DNA of 64,000 nucleotides, taken from the human T2T-CHM13v2.0 reference genome, Homo sapiens. The notes beneath the pieces are model-generated. The model did not search any database. It saw only the letters and a program-made list of their open reading frames with translations, and had not been told where the DNA came from. Position numbers and translations under genes: made by a program. Positions 46,023 to 59,145 of the stretch are shown one piece after another (positions within the stretch are counted from its first letter, which is position 1; every line of letters starts with the position of its first letter). The stretch is taken from the NCBI RefSeq assembly GCF_009914755.1, contig NC_060926.1. One strand, 5' to 3'.

Positions 46023-47592
46023 TACATATGCTTTTTAAAAGTACTCATTTCTTTGATATTTTCATTCTGTGGTGAAACCTAACCCCATAATCACATTTTT
46101 GGATCCAAAGAATTTCATTGTCACATTATTATTATTTTTTAGTCTGTCTATGCTAGACTGTCTGCTTGAAGTAAATATTTCAAACAGTTCTTAAGAAAGT
46201 GAATATTGACAAATTTGAAATATTTTTTCAGATAATTAAGCCTGTATTTTATTAAAATTAACTGCTCAATGGTTTAAGGAACTCTTTCATACATTGTATA
46301 TTTCAACTATACCTGTATGATTATCCCTGTGGTGTATGAAGAAAAAAGTTTTCAGTGTTGGTTAGATAATTAATTCAATTATATGACTCGGTGATATTTT
46401 TCATATGATCAGCCTACAATACCTTGCTGTCATTACTGAAGTAAAACATTGTACGATTTCTTCCTCATATCATTCACCTTTGTTTCTTTAATACCACATG
46501 GCCCTAAAGGTCAAGCAAATCTGACTTTTTCTGGATAATTTTGTTGTAGGAAAGAGAAGGTAGTTGGAAAAATAAATGTTTCCATATAGAACTATGCTTT
46601 GTCACGACCTTACACTCAAAAGATAAGGATCTTCAGAGCAGGATGATGTCACATGTTTCACTGACTTTCTCGAAATAAATTGCTTACTAAATCTTATGGT
46701 AAACATACATGGAATTGATCAGACAGCTTAACTCTTATGTAACTATGACACAATGGAAGACTAAAAAGAACATTCAGGAGCAGCTGTTTCACAAATGCTT
46801 CTAATTTTACTCTTCATCTCAAAGCCATTCATTTAAAGTTCCCTGAAAAAAGAAAAGTGGTACTTACTGTACCTCCTGCATGTAGCTGGCTACTATCCAC
46901 CTTGTAGTTCTCATGGAGACTTTCATCCAAGTAAGCTTATGTTTTTTTGTAAAGATTAATTAGTTCTGAAAGTATTCTGGTAGGCCTGGTACATACAACG
47001 CAGATGTGAGGAAAATACTGAGGTGGAACCGTTTATTCACAGTGCCTGGTCTACTATTAAAAATTAAAAGCCAAAAAAAATCACCCCACATTCCTGATTT
47101 TTACTAATATATGGGATTTTGTGAAAGCCAAATTTTTTCCTTATAGGTCCTTAATTACTTCTACACTTGTGCAGTAATATAATGTCTTTGAGACCAAAGG
47201 AAAGTCAAGGAAATTTCTTAGCCATTGGCGGGAAATCAAAGACACAAACCAGCTACAACCAACTTTGTCCATTATTTTCCTACTACAATTTACAAGATAA
47301 ACTGTGTTCGCATGTAAGATATGAAGCTGAACAATACACAGAGTTGTTGGTTTTCAATTTTTATTTAAAATTGGACTAGATACAGACTACTGCACAAGGC
47401 AGAAAATTGATCTTCTCTATAAAAAATTTTTTAAAAACCTGGTAAAATCATCAGCCCTTATTTTAATAGCCAGTGCAGTAAGTTTTGAAATGAACAATAC
47501 TGTTGTGCTTTTATCAGTTCATCTTTCGTTTCTGTTACGTTTCAAATTTAGGAAAATGTACTCCCATCTGTGTACGATAAAATGAAAATGAA

Positions 47593-47906
47593 GGACATGC
47601 ACGGTGGCTCACACTGTAATCCTAGAACTTTGGGAGGCCGAGTGGGTGGATCACCCGAGGTAAGGAGTTCGAGACCAGCCTGGCCAACATGGTGAAACCC
47701 CATCTCTACTAAAAATACAAAAATTATCAGGGCGTGGTGGTGGGCACCTGTAATCCCAGGTACTTGGGAGGCTGAGACGGGAGAATCGCTTGAACCTGGG
47801 GGGCGGAGTTTGCAGTGAGCCAAGATCATACCACTTCACTCCAGCCTGGAGAAAAGAGCAAAACTTCATCTCAAGGAAAAAAAAAAAAAAAGAGAAAAAA
47901 AAAAAG
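47593..47906 (+). mobile_element. AluS (Sq-like)
   Basis: Full dimer; 13-bp TSD AAATGAAAATGAA (47580-47592, 47907-47919). Confidence 0.95.
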
Positions 47907-49523
47907 AAATGAAAATGAAAAAAAAAATGTAGGGGTCGTGTTGAGAATTATTCACAAAATTATATACTTAGTGAAGACCTGCCAGTAAATTTATAATCTA
48001 AAGTTGAGACTGCCTTCATCAACTGTATGTTTTGTGAGTTCTGGGATTGTAAAACAATTTTAACATTAATCTTCACCAAACAGAAAGATAGAAAAGCAAA
48101 TGTCCTTTATCAAATGACCCGATAGTTATTAAAGAGGGATAAAATGATTTTGGACAACAAAAACAACTTGTGTTATAATTTATTATATGCTTTTACATGC
48201 ATTATAATCCCCATAAAACCTAGTGAGGTGGATATCATTTTTATCACTGCTATTGTCCCTCAAATTAACTTAAATGATGAGAGAATATTGCTTTATATAC
48301 ACATGAAATATAATTTATGTCTGAATAATTCCATTTGTCTCCATGATACAACTCTTTTCTCCAGTGCCAGTTGGACCTATAACAAAATTTGTGTACATCC
48401 AGACTGTATTTAAACCAGAAATACAAAAATACAATAATCTATGACTCTCAGCCCTTGCACTTGAACTAGTTTCCTTCTAGATATTTAAATGTTGACACGA
48501 GTATATAGAGACTACACCAGAACTGTGCTCTAGGTAATTAAACACTGTGATCTCTGTATTCCCAGGAATTCCTATAATCCCTTTGGGCATCAATATTAGA
48601 GATTACACAAATTTCATCACTGGGATTCTGTCACATCCTCTATGGATATCAGCTTTTCACTAGTGCCAGAGTCTATTCTATAATGTAACTTAGTTATCTG
48701 AGTTCAGTGTCTCTCCTCGTTCATCCAAGGCTAGTTACTGCTTCAGACCAGATGGGCACTTCTAGCTCTTAGCACCATTATTTTTCTACCTACTGAATAC
48801 ATGAATGGTCACTGTCTAAAAAGTTCTTCTACCTTCACCACATATCACATTAAACTCTGGATATTAATATGAGCCCAGATTGTGCCACCATTTACTACAT
48901 ACACGTTCTGACTTTCACCCTTGCTACCCCCCTACGGCAACACGACTACTGATGGGCATCCTCCCATCTCTCTTTCTCTCCTCTCTGCTCTATCTTGGTC
49001 ATTTGATCAATTTGGCTCATTTAATCTGTGCTTTGATCTTAAAACATAAAGCAGCACATTATCTTTCCTGTGCAACAGTGTTTTACCTCTCTAAATTTTT
49101 GGTCCACTTAGTTATTCTTGTTATTTTCCTTCTTTATTTTAGATCTCTAGCTTTATAAGCAAATAGTTTTATATGCCCTAGATTCTTTTTGTTTCTCAAC
49201 CTCTTGTATCTCTTCATTTGTCTATTGAGCTTTATCTTCCTACTTAGTATTGAGCCTATTTATTTCTCCAGTTATATTGTTGTATATAAGGTCACTTAAT
49301 ATTGACCCAATTTATTTCTTCGGTTTTATTGTTGTATAAGGTAATTCTCCACTCCAGAATTTGTTTAAAAAAATCCTGTTAGATATACTAGCACCCTCTC
49401 ATTCACAGTGGAGGGGAACTAGGACCCATTTCAGGGAGCCCAGGTTTCCTGATGGTTTGCTGTCCATTTGATGTCAGGAGTAGCTCAGAAGCTCATGTTT
49501 TGCACTTGATTATAGTGATCTTT

Positions 49524-49861
49524 TGACAAACAAACCAGAATGGAGTTATTTGTGCTAAGTGATACATAATCCTACTGAACTTTAAAATGGGCCAATTTTC
49601 CAAAAAAAAAAAAACAGATTCCAGTCAACGCGAGTCAGAATAATAAGAAAATTCCCTCTCTTTAAACTTTGAAACAGCCAATCTGCTTTATGTTCTTTCA
49701 TTCTTCTTTCTTCAGCCCTCTTCTGCTTATAAAGCCAAGTTCCTCTGCTCAGTTCATTGGAACACTCATTCTATTGTATATAGTAAAGTTATTCCCATTA
49801 TAGAATTGCAAATAAAAAACAATTAAAATACTTAAACTAAAATTCTTATAATTTTGTCTTT
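49524..49861 (+). mobile_element. ERV1 LTR fragment (MER72/LTR48-like)
   Basis: CCAGAATGGAGTTATTTGTGCTAAG, TATAAAGCCAAGTTCCTCTGCTCAGTTCATTGGAACACTC, AATAAA, ends AATTTTGTCTTT. Confidence 0.6.
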
Positions 49862-49929
49862 CGGAACTTATTATGAAAATCCAGAGAATATTATTATTAT
49901 TTCGGAACTTATTATGAAAATCCAGAGAA
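49859..49929. repeat. Perfect 30-bp direct duplication with an 11-bp spacer
   Basis: TTTCGGAACTTATTATGAAAATCCAGAGAA at 49859-49888 and 49900-49929; spacer TATTATTATTA. Confidence 0.97.
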
Positions 49930-50279
49930 GAGAAGATGAAGACCTGAGTCAAGTTTGAGGTAGTGAAAAAGATAATTCAAATACAAGTCTGTAGAAATCA
50001 GTGACTGTCTATTGACTGAATGTAAGAAGTGGCTGAGGAGAGAAATACATGACGTTCCAAAATTTTTCATATAAGAAGACAAAATGAATGGTGCAACCAT
50101 TGCTAGCATTTAAACAACTCAGAAAAATAAGGAGAAGAAAGATTTGGGTTCACAGATGATGTATTCAGGTTTGTTAATTATTGTGATAGATACAGCCAAA
50201 ATAACATTTATCTCAACACTTTGCTTTATTCATTTCTCTTTTACATAATGTTGTTTCTATATTTGTCCCATCATGGCAG

Positions 50280-50515
50280 AGTAGCATAGGCATAAAGGTT
50301 CATATCCCAAAGCCAGATGGCCTGATTTTATATCCAGGATCAAAGGTTATAGCTTGTATGAATGGGGGCAAGTCATGTCTCTAGCCTGATTCAGTTTACT
50401 ATCTGTAAAAAGGATCTAAATATATAATTGGCAATGCCTATCTCATGCGGTTGTAGTGAGAAGTACATTACTAATATGTGTAAAAAGCTTATATAATTGT
50501 GAACTATTATTATTA
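50280..50515 (+). mobile_element. MIR SINE
   Basis: AGCCAGATGGCCTG...GGGCAAGTCA...TCAGTTTACTATCTGTAAAA...CCTATCTCATGCGGTTGTAGTGAG. Confidence 0.7.
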
Positions 50516-50805
50516 TACATCTGCTCTATTACATCTGCTCTATATTTTCTCAATACATCCCACTGAAATATTTTCATTTACATAACTCACATTGTTTTAA
50601 ACACAAATTAATTATTGTTGCCCATCCCTTCCCCTGAAAAATGCCTAGCTATGAACAGTATTGTCTGCACCTTTACTTTCTGTGCAGCATTATAATTGGT
50701 ATTTTATACATCCTATAAAAATGTATTTGTCACATACATGTAGTAGCCCATATGATTGATAGGAGCCATAGAGGTGAGAAAGGATGTTAAGTATTAAGAA
50801 TAGAC

Positions 50806-50937
50806 TGTTTGAATCAATTACCCTTGGGGAGATGGAACCTAGAATCATCTGTATTAGAGTGAGGTTTGAAGTGTTTGAATCAATTACCCTAGGGGAGATG
50901 GAACCTAGAATCATCTCTATTAGAGTGAGGTTTGAAG
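50806..50937. repeat. 66-bp tandem duplication (2 copies, 2 mismatches)
   Basis: TGTTTGAATCAATTACCC...GAGGTTTGAAG at 50806-50871 and 50872-50937. Confidence 0.97.
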
Positions 50938-51959
50938 ACCTCAAATTCAGGGTCTTAAGTACAAAATAATTTTGAATTTCAAAAAGAGGGCAAAGACAAG
51001 AACCTTATTTGAACCGAGTTCTAAATGTAGAGCATTGCACGGATAGGGAGAGAGATGGTCTCTGAACTAGAGATGGAAAGTGAAGAAAAAGCAAATAGAA
51101 ACCAAATCGGAAGATTTCAATTGTCAGCAAATGGCAAACTGAGTATTCTGGGAGCAAATCCCTGCTGCCAAATAAATAGAAATGCTAGATAATATATTTT
51201 TAAGAAATGGTTATAATAAATGGATAGTGAGTGAAATGACAAAGTAAGATAACTTTCCAGGCCGGGTTGGCGGGAGGAAGAATAAATATGAAGAGGAAAA
51301 CACAAAACTGAGGGATATGCCTGAAGGTATTTGTAATATCAGGAATAGAAAACTGGTGTTTAACTACTACTCCTGGAATGTTAATAATTCTTTGAGCTCT
51401 TCAAAAATAGAAAGCTGGAACTGAAAATTCCACCTGAACACAGATCTCAGAATATTTTTCTTTCTATAAAACAATATGATAGAAAAAAATAATAATTCTA
51501 TCAGCAAAGTAAAAAAGCCAACATTTTTTCTCCTTGTCTTAAATTTAAGTGAAAAACCATATTGAAAACCAGCCCCTGGAATTCAAAATGCAGCTCTGCT
51601 CTCATCTGCATTTAGCATTTCAATGTATAACACTTGCATAAAGAAGAAAATCCCAAGTGCATGCATTAATTTAAAATCTGTTGAACTTGGTAATCTGCAG
51701 AGGATGATGTAAATCTGATATGGAGAAAGTAACCATAAAACAAATCCCTTGAGATGCCCAATTAACTGCCTAAAATTCTAAGTTCAAGCACAAATATATG
51801 TGTGTGTGTGTGTATGTAGGTACGTGTATACATATAGAAACTTGTCCCCATAATTTTGACTTGGAATAAATAAATGATCTTTAGACTTATCTTCTCAGAA
51901 TCTACATATATTGAAATAGTAAATAATTATGGTTAATATATTTGAAGAAAAATACATTT

Positions 51960-52022
51960 ATTATATGTCTAAGAAACAAGATTATATGTCTGAGAAACAA
52001 GATTATATGTCTAATAAACAAG
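51960..52022. repeat. 21-bp minisatellite, 3 copies
   Basis: ATTATATGTCTAAGAAACAAG x3, with one substitution each in copies 2 and 3. Confidence 0.95.
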
Positions 52023-52113
52023 AAACCATTAAAAATGACCAAACATATTAAAAAGAAAATTGTAATAGTTTTTCTAGAAAGGAAAAATGAAATCAGTGAA
52101 TTAAAAACACCTC

Positions 52114-52611
52114 TATAAATCATGCTGCTATAAAGACACATGCACACGTATGTTTATTGCGGCACTATTCACAATAGCAAAGACTTGGAACCAACCCAAA
52201 TGTCCAACAATGATAGACTGGATTAAGAAAATGTGGCACATATACACCATGGAATACTATGCAGCCATAAAAAATGATGAGTTCATGTCTTTGTAGGGAC
52301 ATGGATGAAATTGGAAATCAACATTCTCAGTAAACTATCGCAAGAACAAAAAACCAAACACCGCATATTCTCACTCATAGGTGGGAATTGAACAATGAGA
52401 ACACATGGACACAGGAAGGGGAACATCACACTCTGGGGACTGTTGTGGGGTGGGGGAAGGGGGGAGGGATAGCTTTAGGAGATATACCTAATGCTAAATG
52501 ACGAGTTAATGGGTGCAACACACCACCGTGGCACATGTATACTTATGTAACTAACCTGCACATTGTGCACATGTACCCTAAAACTTAAAGTATAATAATA
52601 ATAAAATAAAC
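52114..52611 (+). mobile_element. Young 5'-truncated L1 (L1PA3/PA2-like): ORF2 C-terminus plus 3' UTR
   Basis: Translates YKSCCYKDTCTRMFIAALFTIAKTWNQPKCP...; G-rich 3' UTR tract; ends AAACTTAAAGTATAATAATAATAAA; TSD AAAACACCTC (52104-52113, 52612-52621) at a TT/AAAA site. Confidence 0.96.
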
Positions 52612-53653
52612 AAAACACCTCAATGAACAAAATAGAAGCGAATTAATAACAAGTTTAAAAAAAGACAATAAATAACACAAAATACAAGCAAAATACACAA
52701 AAAAAGTGAAAAATTTAAGAGATAATGGTAATGACTGTGGGTGTACTGGAAACAATATAAGGCACCAAACTTCAGATTCAAGAAGTCTAGTGAATCTCCA
52801 CAAATAAAAATAAACAGAAATTCCTGTCTAGGCATATCAGCCCCGAAAGTCTTAGGAAAATCTAGAAAGGGAGAAGAAAAGCAGATGACTGGCAGATTTG
52901 CATTAAGATGATATATTAACAGCAAAAATATTTGTCTGAACACAGTGGGAAAATAACTTCAAAGTTATAAGATAAAATTACCATGTACTATTAGTGATAT
53001 GTTCTATAATTTAACAACAGGAATTGAGAACTTACTACCAGCAGACTTTCGATTTAAAAAATTCTATAATTTTTTCCAGGAAGAAAATAAATAATCCCAA
53101 AAGAAAACTGTGAAATACAAGAAGGAAGAGTCTACACAGAAAAGTGTAAAAGTTTAACACCAGCAAGTGTTTATCTATGGATGAACAAAACACATTAAAC
53201 AAAACAAAAAAGACTAAGTGTAAGTAGATGCCAATAGTAGCATAGAATCCATCAGTGGAATACTGAAATACTAAGCATCCTAAAGTCCTTAAATTGTCTT
53301 AAAGTTGGATAAGAACAATGGATAAATTTAGATTTTTAAGTGGTATCTTAAAATTTAAAGGTAAAAATAAAACGATAAAGTAAAACAGGCAAATAATAGT
53401 TAATACAGATGAGGGACAAAAATAAGTAAAAAGGTAAAACTATACCAAAAAAAGCATATAATAAAAAAGAATAGATAAGGTATTCAAAATGCAAATCAAC
53501 AAAATAAGTTGACAGGTTTTAAACCAAATATATGATAGTAAATTGGGTTTAGAAGATGTTCTTAATCCAATTATGTATATTTAAAAAGAAAAAATATAAT
53601 AAACATTATCCAGAGGAGTAAGAGAGTAGAACTATTCCCTTTAAAACACAATA

Positions 53654-53988
<335 letters not shown>

Positions 53989-54984
53989 TTATGGTAGTGG
54001 TGGTTTTAAGCAGCAGAAAAAAATACATGTTTTATTTATTTATCCCCATGGATATTTAATTTGCCTGCAAAAGAAAAAAAAAGGTAATCTAAATACAAAT
54101 CATTAGAAGTAATAAGTAATAATAGCCACAGTATTTAGTATAAAGATAAACGTATCTTAGGATTAAGTGTATGATAAAATGAGTAAGTAAAGAGATAAAA
54201 TAGGGAATCTTATGCATCTACAGTTCAGTTTAAAATATTGTTTTTAAAATGATACCAATTAAATAGTCAGACAAAAAAGATACCTAGGAATAAATCTTAC
54301 AAAAGATGTTCATAGCTTTTACGGGGAAAAAAATGAAGTTACTGAAACAATAAATAAAACCAAAATAAATGGTGCAATACATTATAATTATATATATGAG
54401 AAGACAGGATGGAAATGATGTACATTTCTCACATTAATCCATAGTTTAAAATATTAAAGAAAGTATTATAAGTTTGAGAACCTAATAAGCTTATCCTAAA
54501 TATTACACAGAGCAACACAAAGTCCAAGAAGGACAAAAATAATTTGAAAACAAACAGGGCTGATGAACTCATCTTACCTGATATGAGCTAGAAAAATCAA
54601 TAAAGTGAGGTATTGGTGCAATGATAAACAAATAATTTGAGTGGATTACAGACACACAGAGCCCATGCATATATGAGTATTGGTACATGCCCTTTGTGTA
54701 GTTCAACACTGAAGCAAAGGATGAGATTTAAGAAAATGGTTGTGGTACAGTTGTTTCTGAAGCTTAAACCACTTGGGAAAATCAACTGGTTTGGATTAAA
54801 CCACTATATTCAAAAGCCACCTTTTGTAAAAAATAAAATAATATAAGCATTTATCTTTATAACAGGAAAATAGGGGAAATGCTTTAATTAGGGAAAAAAC
54901 AGCCAAACCATAAAATGAATATCAATATCTTTGACTTTACCTCATACTTCAAAACATAGAAAAAGGTAAACAATCAAACACCTA

Positions 54985-56625
54985 TAAACCAACAGAACAG
55001 AGAAGAGAGAATCCAGAAATAAATACATCAATTTATAGTCAATTTATTTTTGACAAAGACATCAAACATGCATTGGAAAAGCACACCCTCTTCAATAAAT
55101 AGTTCTGGAAAAATTTGATATTCATATGCAGAAGAATTAAAATAGACCCCTATCTCTTACCATACACAAAAATCAACTCAAAATGGACAAAAACTTAAAA
55201 GTAAGACCCAAGACTATGAAACTATTAGAAGAAAACAGGATAAATGCTTCATGACATTGGCTTTGGCAAAGATTTTTTTGGATGAGACTTCAAAAGCATA
55301 GGCAACAAATGCAAACATAGATAATGGGATTATATCAAGCTAAAAGGCTTTTGCACAGCAAAGGAAACAATCAACCTGAAGAGTGAAGAGAACCTGTAAA
55401 TTTAGAGAAAATGTTTGCAAACTATTCATCTAACAAGGGATTAATACCCAGGATATACAAGTAACACAATAACTCAACAGTAAAAACAAACACACAAACA
55501 AATAATCCAATTAAAAACGGGCAAAGGATCAAGCATTATATTCATCTGAATTTAGAGGGCTACTTGGTTCATTTCTTTCCCTGGTAACTGGACTTCGGTA
55601 GTAGCAACAACATACCACTGTGTCCAGAAGTTAGGAATCCACCTGGGAACTCAAAGAATGATTTTAAACCCTAAGTCTATGAAAGGCTTACCAATGTGGC
55701 AGAGGATAATAACAAAAATAGCCAATCAGTTGTTTTCTTTCTCTTCTTTCACACTCTAATGGACTATCTTTTCTATCCCATTCAGATGTTTGTTGTTGCT
55801 TTAGGAATAAAGTTTCTGATTAGTGTTGTTGTTGTTGTTGTTTTAAATGGGCAAATAATCAGAACAGACATTTCTCAAAAGAAGACACACAAATGGCCAA
55901 CAGGTACATGAAAACTCATGAACAGGTACATGAAAAGCTGCTCAAAATCACTAATCATCCGATAAATGCAAATGAAAAATGCATTGACATATCTCATATC
56001 AGTTAGAATGGCTAACATGAAAAAGATAAAAGTAACAAATGCTGCCTAGAATGCAGAGAAAAGGGAACTTTTATACACTGTTGGTGGAAATGTAAACTAG
56101 TACAGCCATTATGGAAAACTTACAAAGATTCCTCAAAATCTAAAATTAGAACTACTCTATGATTGAGCAGTGCCACTAGATATCTATTTAAAGAAAAGGA
56201 AATTAGTATGTTGAAAAGATATTTGCACCCCCACGTTTATTGCAGCACTATCCACAGTAGCTAAATATGGAATCAACCTGTATCCATCAACAGATGAATG
56301 GATAAAGAAAATGTAATATGCATACATAATGGAATATTAATCAGCCATAAGAAAGGATCAATTCCTGCCAAACCCAGCAAGTTCCATCATTCTATAGCAT
56401 TGTATGGTGACATTAGTTAGCATTAACTCGTATTATTTTTTCAAACAGCTAGAAGAGAAAATTTTGAATGTTCCCAATACAAAGATGATAAATGTTTGAT
56501 GTGCTGTTATGCTTAATGTCCTGATTGATCAGTATACATTGTATACATGTATCAAAATATTACTCTGTACCTAATAAATATGTAAAATTATTACATGTCA
56601 ATTAAAAACTTTAAAAAGCAAAATA
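54985..56625 (+). mobile_element. L1MA-type ORF2 3' part and 3' end, with an internal deletion and a 313-bp foreign insert
   Basis: CCCTCTTCAATAAAT, ACCATACACAAAAATCAACTCAAAATGG, ACAGACATTTCTCAAAAGAAGAC, CATCAACAGATGAATGGATAAAGAAAATG, terminal AATAAATATGTAAAATTATTACATGTCAATTAAAA. Confidence 0.9.
55532..55844 (+). other. Unidentified 313-bp insertion with AATAAA, flanked by a 17-bp duplication of the L1 target
   Basis: Flanks AAACGGGCAAAGGATCA (55515-55531) and AAATGGGCAAATAATCA (55845-55861); AATAAA at 55806-55811. Confidence 0.75.
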
Positions 56626-56670
56626 ACTGTCACCTAGTCAGCAGAAAAAAAACAATAAGCACAAAAAATT

Positions 56671-57000
56671 CTGGGCATGGGGGCTCACGCTTATAATCCC
56701 AGCACTTTGGGAGGCTGAGTCAGGAGGATTACTTTAGCCCAGGAGTTCAAGACCAGCCTGGGCAAAACAAGCATTCTTCGACTCTACATTTTTTTTTTTA
56801 ATTAGCCAGGTGTGGGAGTGTACACTTGTAGTCCCAGCTACTCAGGAGGCTGAGGCAATAGGATCACTTGAGCCCAGGAGTTTGAGACTGCCATGAACTA
56901 TGATTGCATCACTTCACTCCAGCCTGGACAACAGAGCAAGACCCTGAATATTAAAAAAAAAAAAAAAGAAATAAAGAAAAGAAAAAAGAAAAAAAAGAAG
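56671..57000 (+). mobile_element. AluJ-type SINE
   Basis: GGAGGATTACTTTAGCCCAGGAGTTC, GGATCACTTGAGCCCAGGAGTTTGAGACTGC, ACAGAGCAAGACCCTG, mixed A/G tail. Confidence 0.93.
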
Positions 57001-59018
57001 AATAGCCTCAATTTGAGGGACTATATTTAGGACACATTTAAATAGTGAAGAATAATTACCAGAATTATCTATTAATATATTTTCTCCTACATTTTTCCTG
57101 ATAATAGGAAAAAGGCAAACAACGTATTAGAAAATCAGCAAATATACATCAAGTATTTAACCTTATAAGAAACAAGGATGGCAGAATGACCAATCACATA
57201 TAAAAGTTTTTCTCTATTATTTTTAGCAATTTAAACAACACAAAATAACGATGAGACATATCTTTTTAAAAACCAACATATTGAGAAAAAATTGAAATCT
57301 GACAATAACAATTATTGGTGAGGGTACAGCACAACATGAAATTTTATATGCTACTAGGAGAAGTATAGTTTGAGATAGCCATTATAGTGAACATTTCCTC
57401 AAAACCTATTATTACTTTTATTATTATATTCTTGTATTTTTTAAGCATAATTCTGAATGGTTGAATTCAGGGAGGTAGGATGCTGGGTATGTGATTGCTT
57501 AGTACAAGCAGAAAATAACTCTGCTTAGCATAAATCATTTTCTGAAATGAAGACACATAATCTCTCACGTGCTCTCCCTGCCTCCCATTCTAGCTCTCTT
57601 GAGATCACTTTCAAACACTGACATGTCTGATGATCTTAAAGACTTACTTATACTAGCTAATCTCCTGGGTTCTGGAGTGCCTATTTCTGTGATGTGCCTC
57701 CATAGGAATTATTTAAACTAATTTTGCAGACATAATAAATACCATAAATAAAGGCAGAGTTTAGCTGTTCTTTTTAAGCTTTTGTTTTCAAATACAGAAA
57801 TGCCCCTTTTTTTCTCTTCACTGAAAATTTGACTATGTGCTCACTTCCGAGGCTTTTATATAATAATACAAATTATTATGCATACAAAAGCAAGATGAGA
57901 TAGTATAACCACTATAGCCTATATTTTTCCTATTTTAAACCAGAGCACAGCAAATAGTTTTGCTGAAAACAGATAAAATCAAAGAATCATAAAATTACTA
58001 GAGCCAGCTATTGAAAATGTAAATGTGATAATCTAATTGTAATAATTGGTTAGCCTCATTTATAAATGAGAAGTCTGAGCTCTCACAGCCACTTAGTTCA
58101 AGAGTGAAAACCATGTAGCAAGTCCTGCTGCTTCCCCTGGAATCCTCCCATTGCACATCAACTCCCTTCAGTTAAATTAGTATTCAACTCAGTATTTTAC
58201 TGGATTCAATAATTTGCTTGGACTTAACCGGAAAATTCAGTCAAGAGGGTCTAAACTAAAAAAAAAAAAAAGTGGTATATTAAAATTTGGCCAGCACTCC
58301 TGAATATTGATGAAACACCTGAGTGGGCAGTATAGGTAAAAGGGGTCATAGACTATGAGATAATTTGTACACTTCATGGGGCTTGATAATATGCATGACT
58401 GTAAACATTACAGTTTCCTCAACTGTAAAATTGGTGCTTACACACAGAGCCTGTTCAGAGTCCAGCAGGCATGTGATTTGTGAGGGTCCTACACTCACTG
58501 ATAAAGCATTCTTTGTCCTTTTGGGTCTCATCAGTTCTCAGTCTCAAACTTGTTTAGGGAATGGAACTGGTGAACTAGTGCACTTCTTTATATTAGGGTA
58601 CAAATGCTTTTTAAGGGATTGTCATTTTCGGTTGTCACCTTGTCACTTTCAAGATGATTTTGCAGTTTGGTTGGGAATAAAATGTTAAGAGAATAAATAA
58701 TGATAGTGTGTGAGCTATAAAGAAACAATGGAGAGAAAAAATTTAAAGTAATCAATATAATAATAAAAATATGCAATAGAGATGTCATCCTATTTTCATA
58801 TCCAGAAAGATCATATATAACAGTGTATATAGTCATTCTGTCCATAATTAAACTACTTAGTGAGATTAAAAATATATTTTTGAATATCTAATTATGCCTT
58901 AAGCTTTTATATATTGTATTCTCCAAGAAGGGCACAAAGAGAGGACAAATACCAGTTTTAAGGAAATGATAGAACTACTAAGCTTATTTATGATTTTTGC
59001 TCAAGAATTATAAGACTG

Positions 59019-59145
59019 GGTTGGGCATGGGGGCTAACACGTGTAATCCCAGCACCTTGGGAGATGAGGTGGAGCATTGCTTGAGGCCAGGAGTTTGAGA
59101 CAACCCTGGTCAACATAAAGAGACCCCATCTCTATTAAAAAAAAA
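59019..59145 (+). mobile_element. Free left Alu monomer (FLAM_C-like)
   Basis: Single monomer ending in an A run, with degenerate TSD AAT(TAT/CAC)AAGACTGG on both sides. Confidence 0.85.

Noticed and set aside
49859-50937. Repeat-spacer-repeat patterns as a CRISPR-like array
   Set aside because: Only two copies each, no regular spacers, no cas genes, and a primate context.
52114-52391. L1 ORF2 C-terminal coding sequence
   Set aside because: It is a 5'-truncated, frameshifted fragment, so it is reported as a mobile element rather than a CDS.
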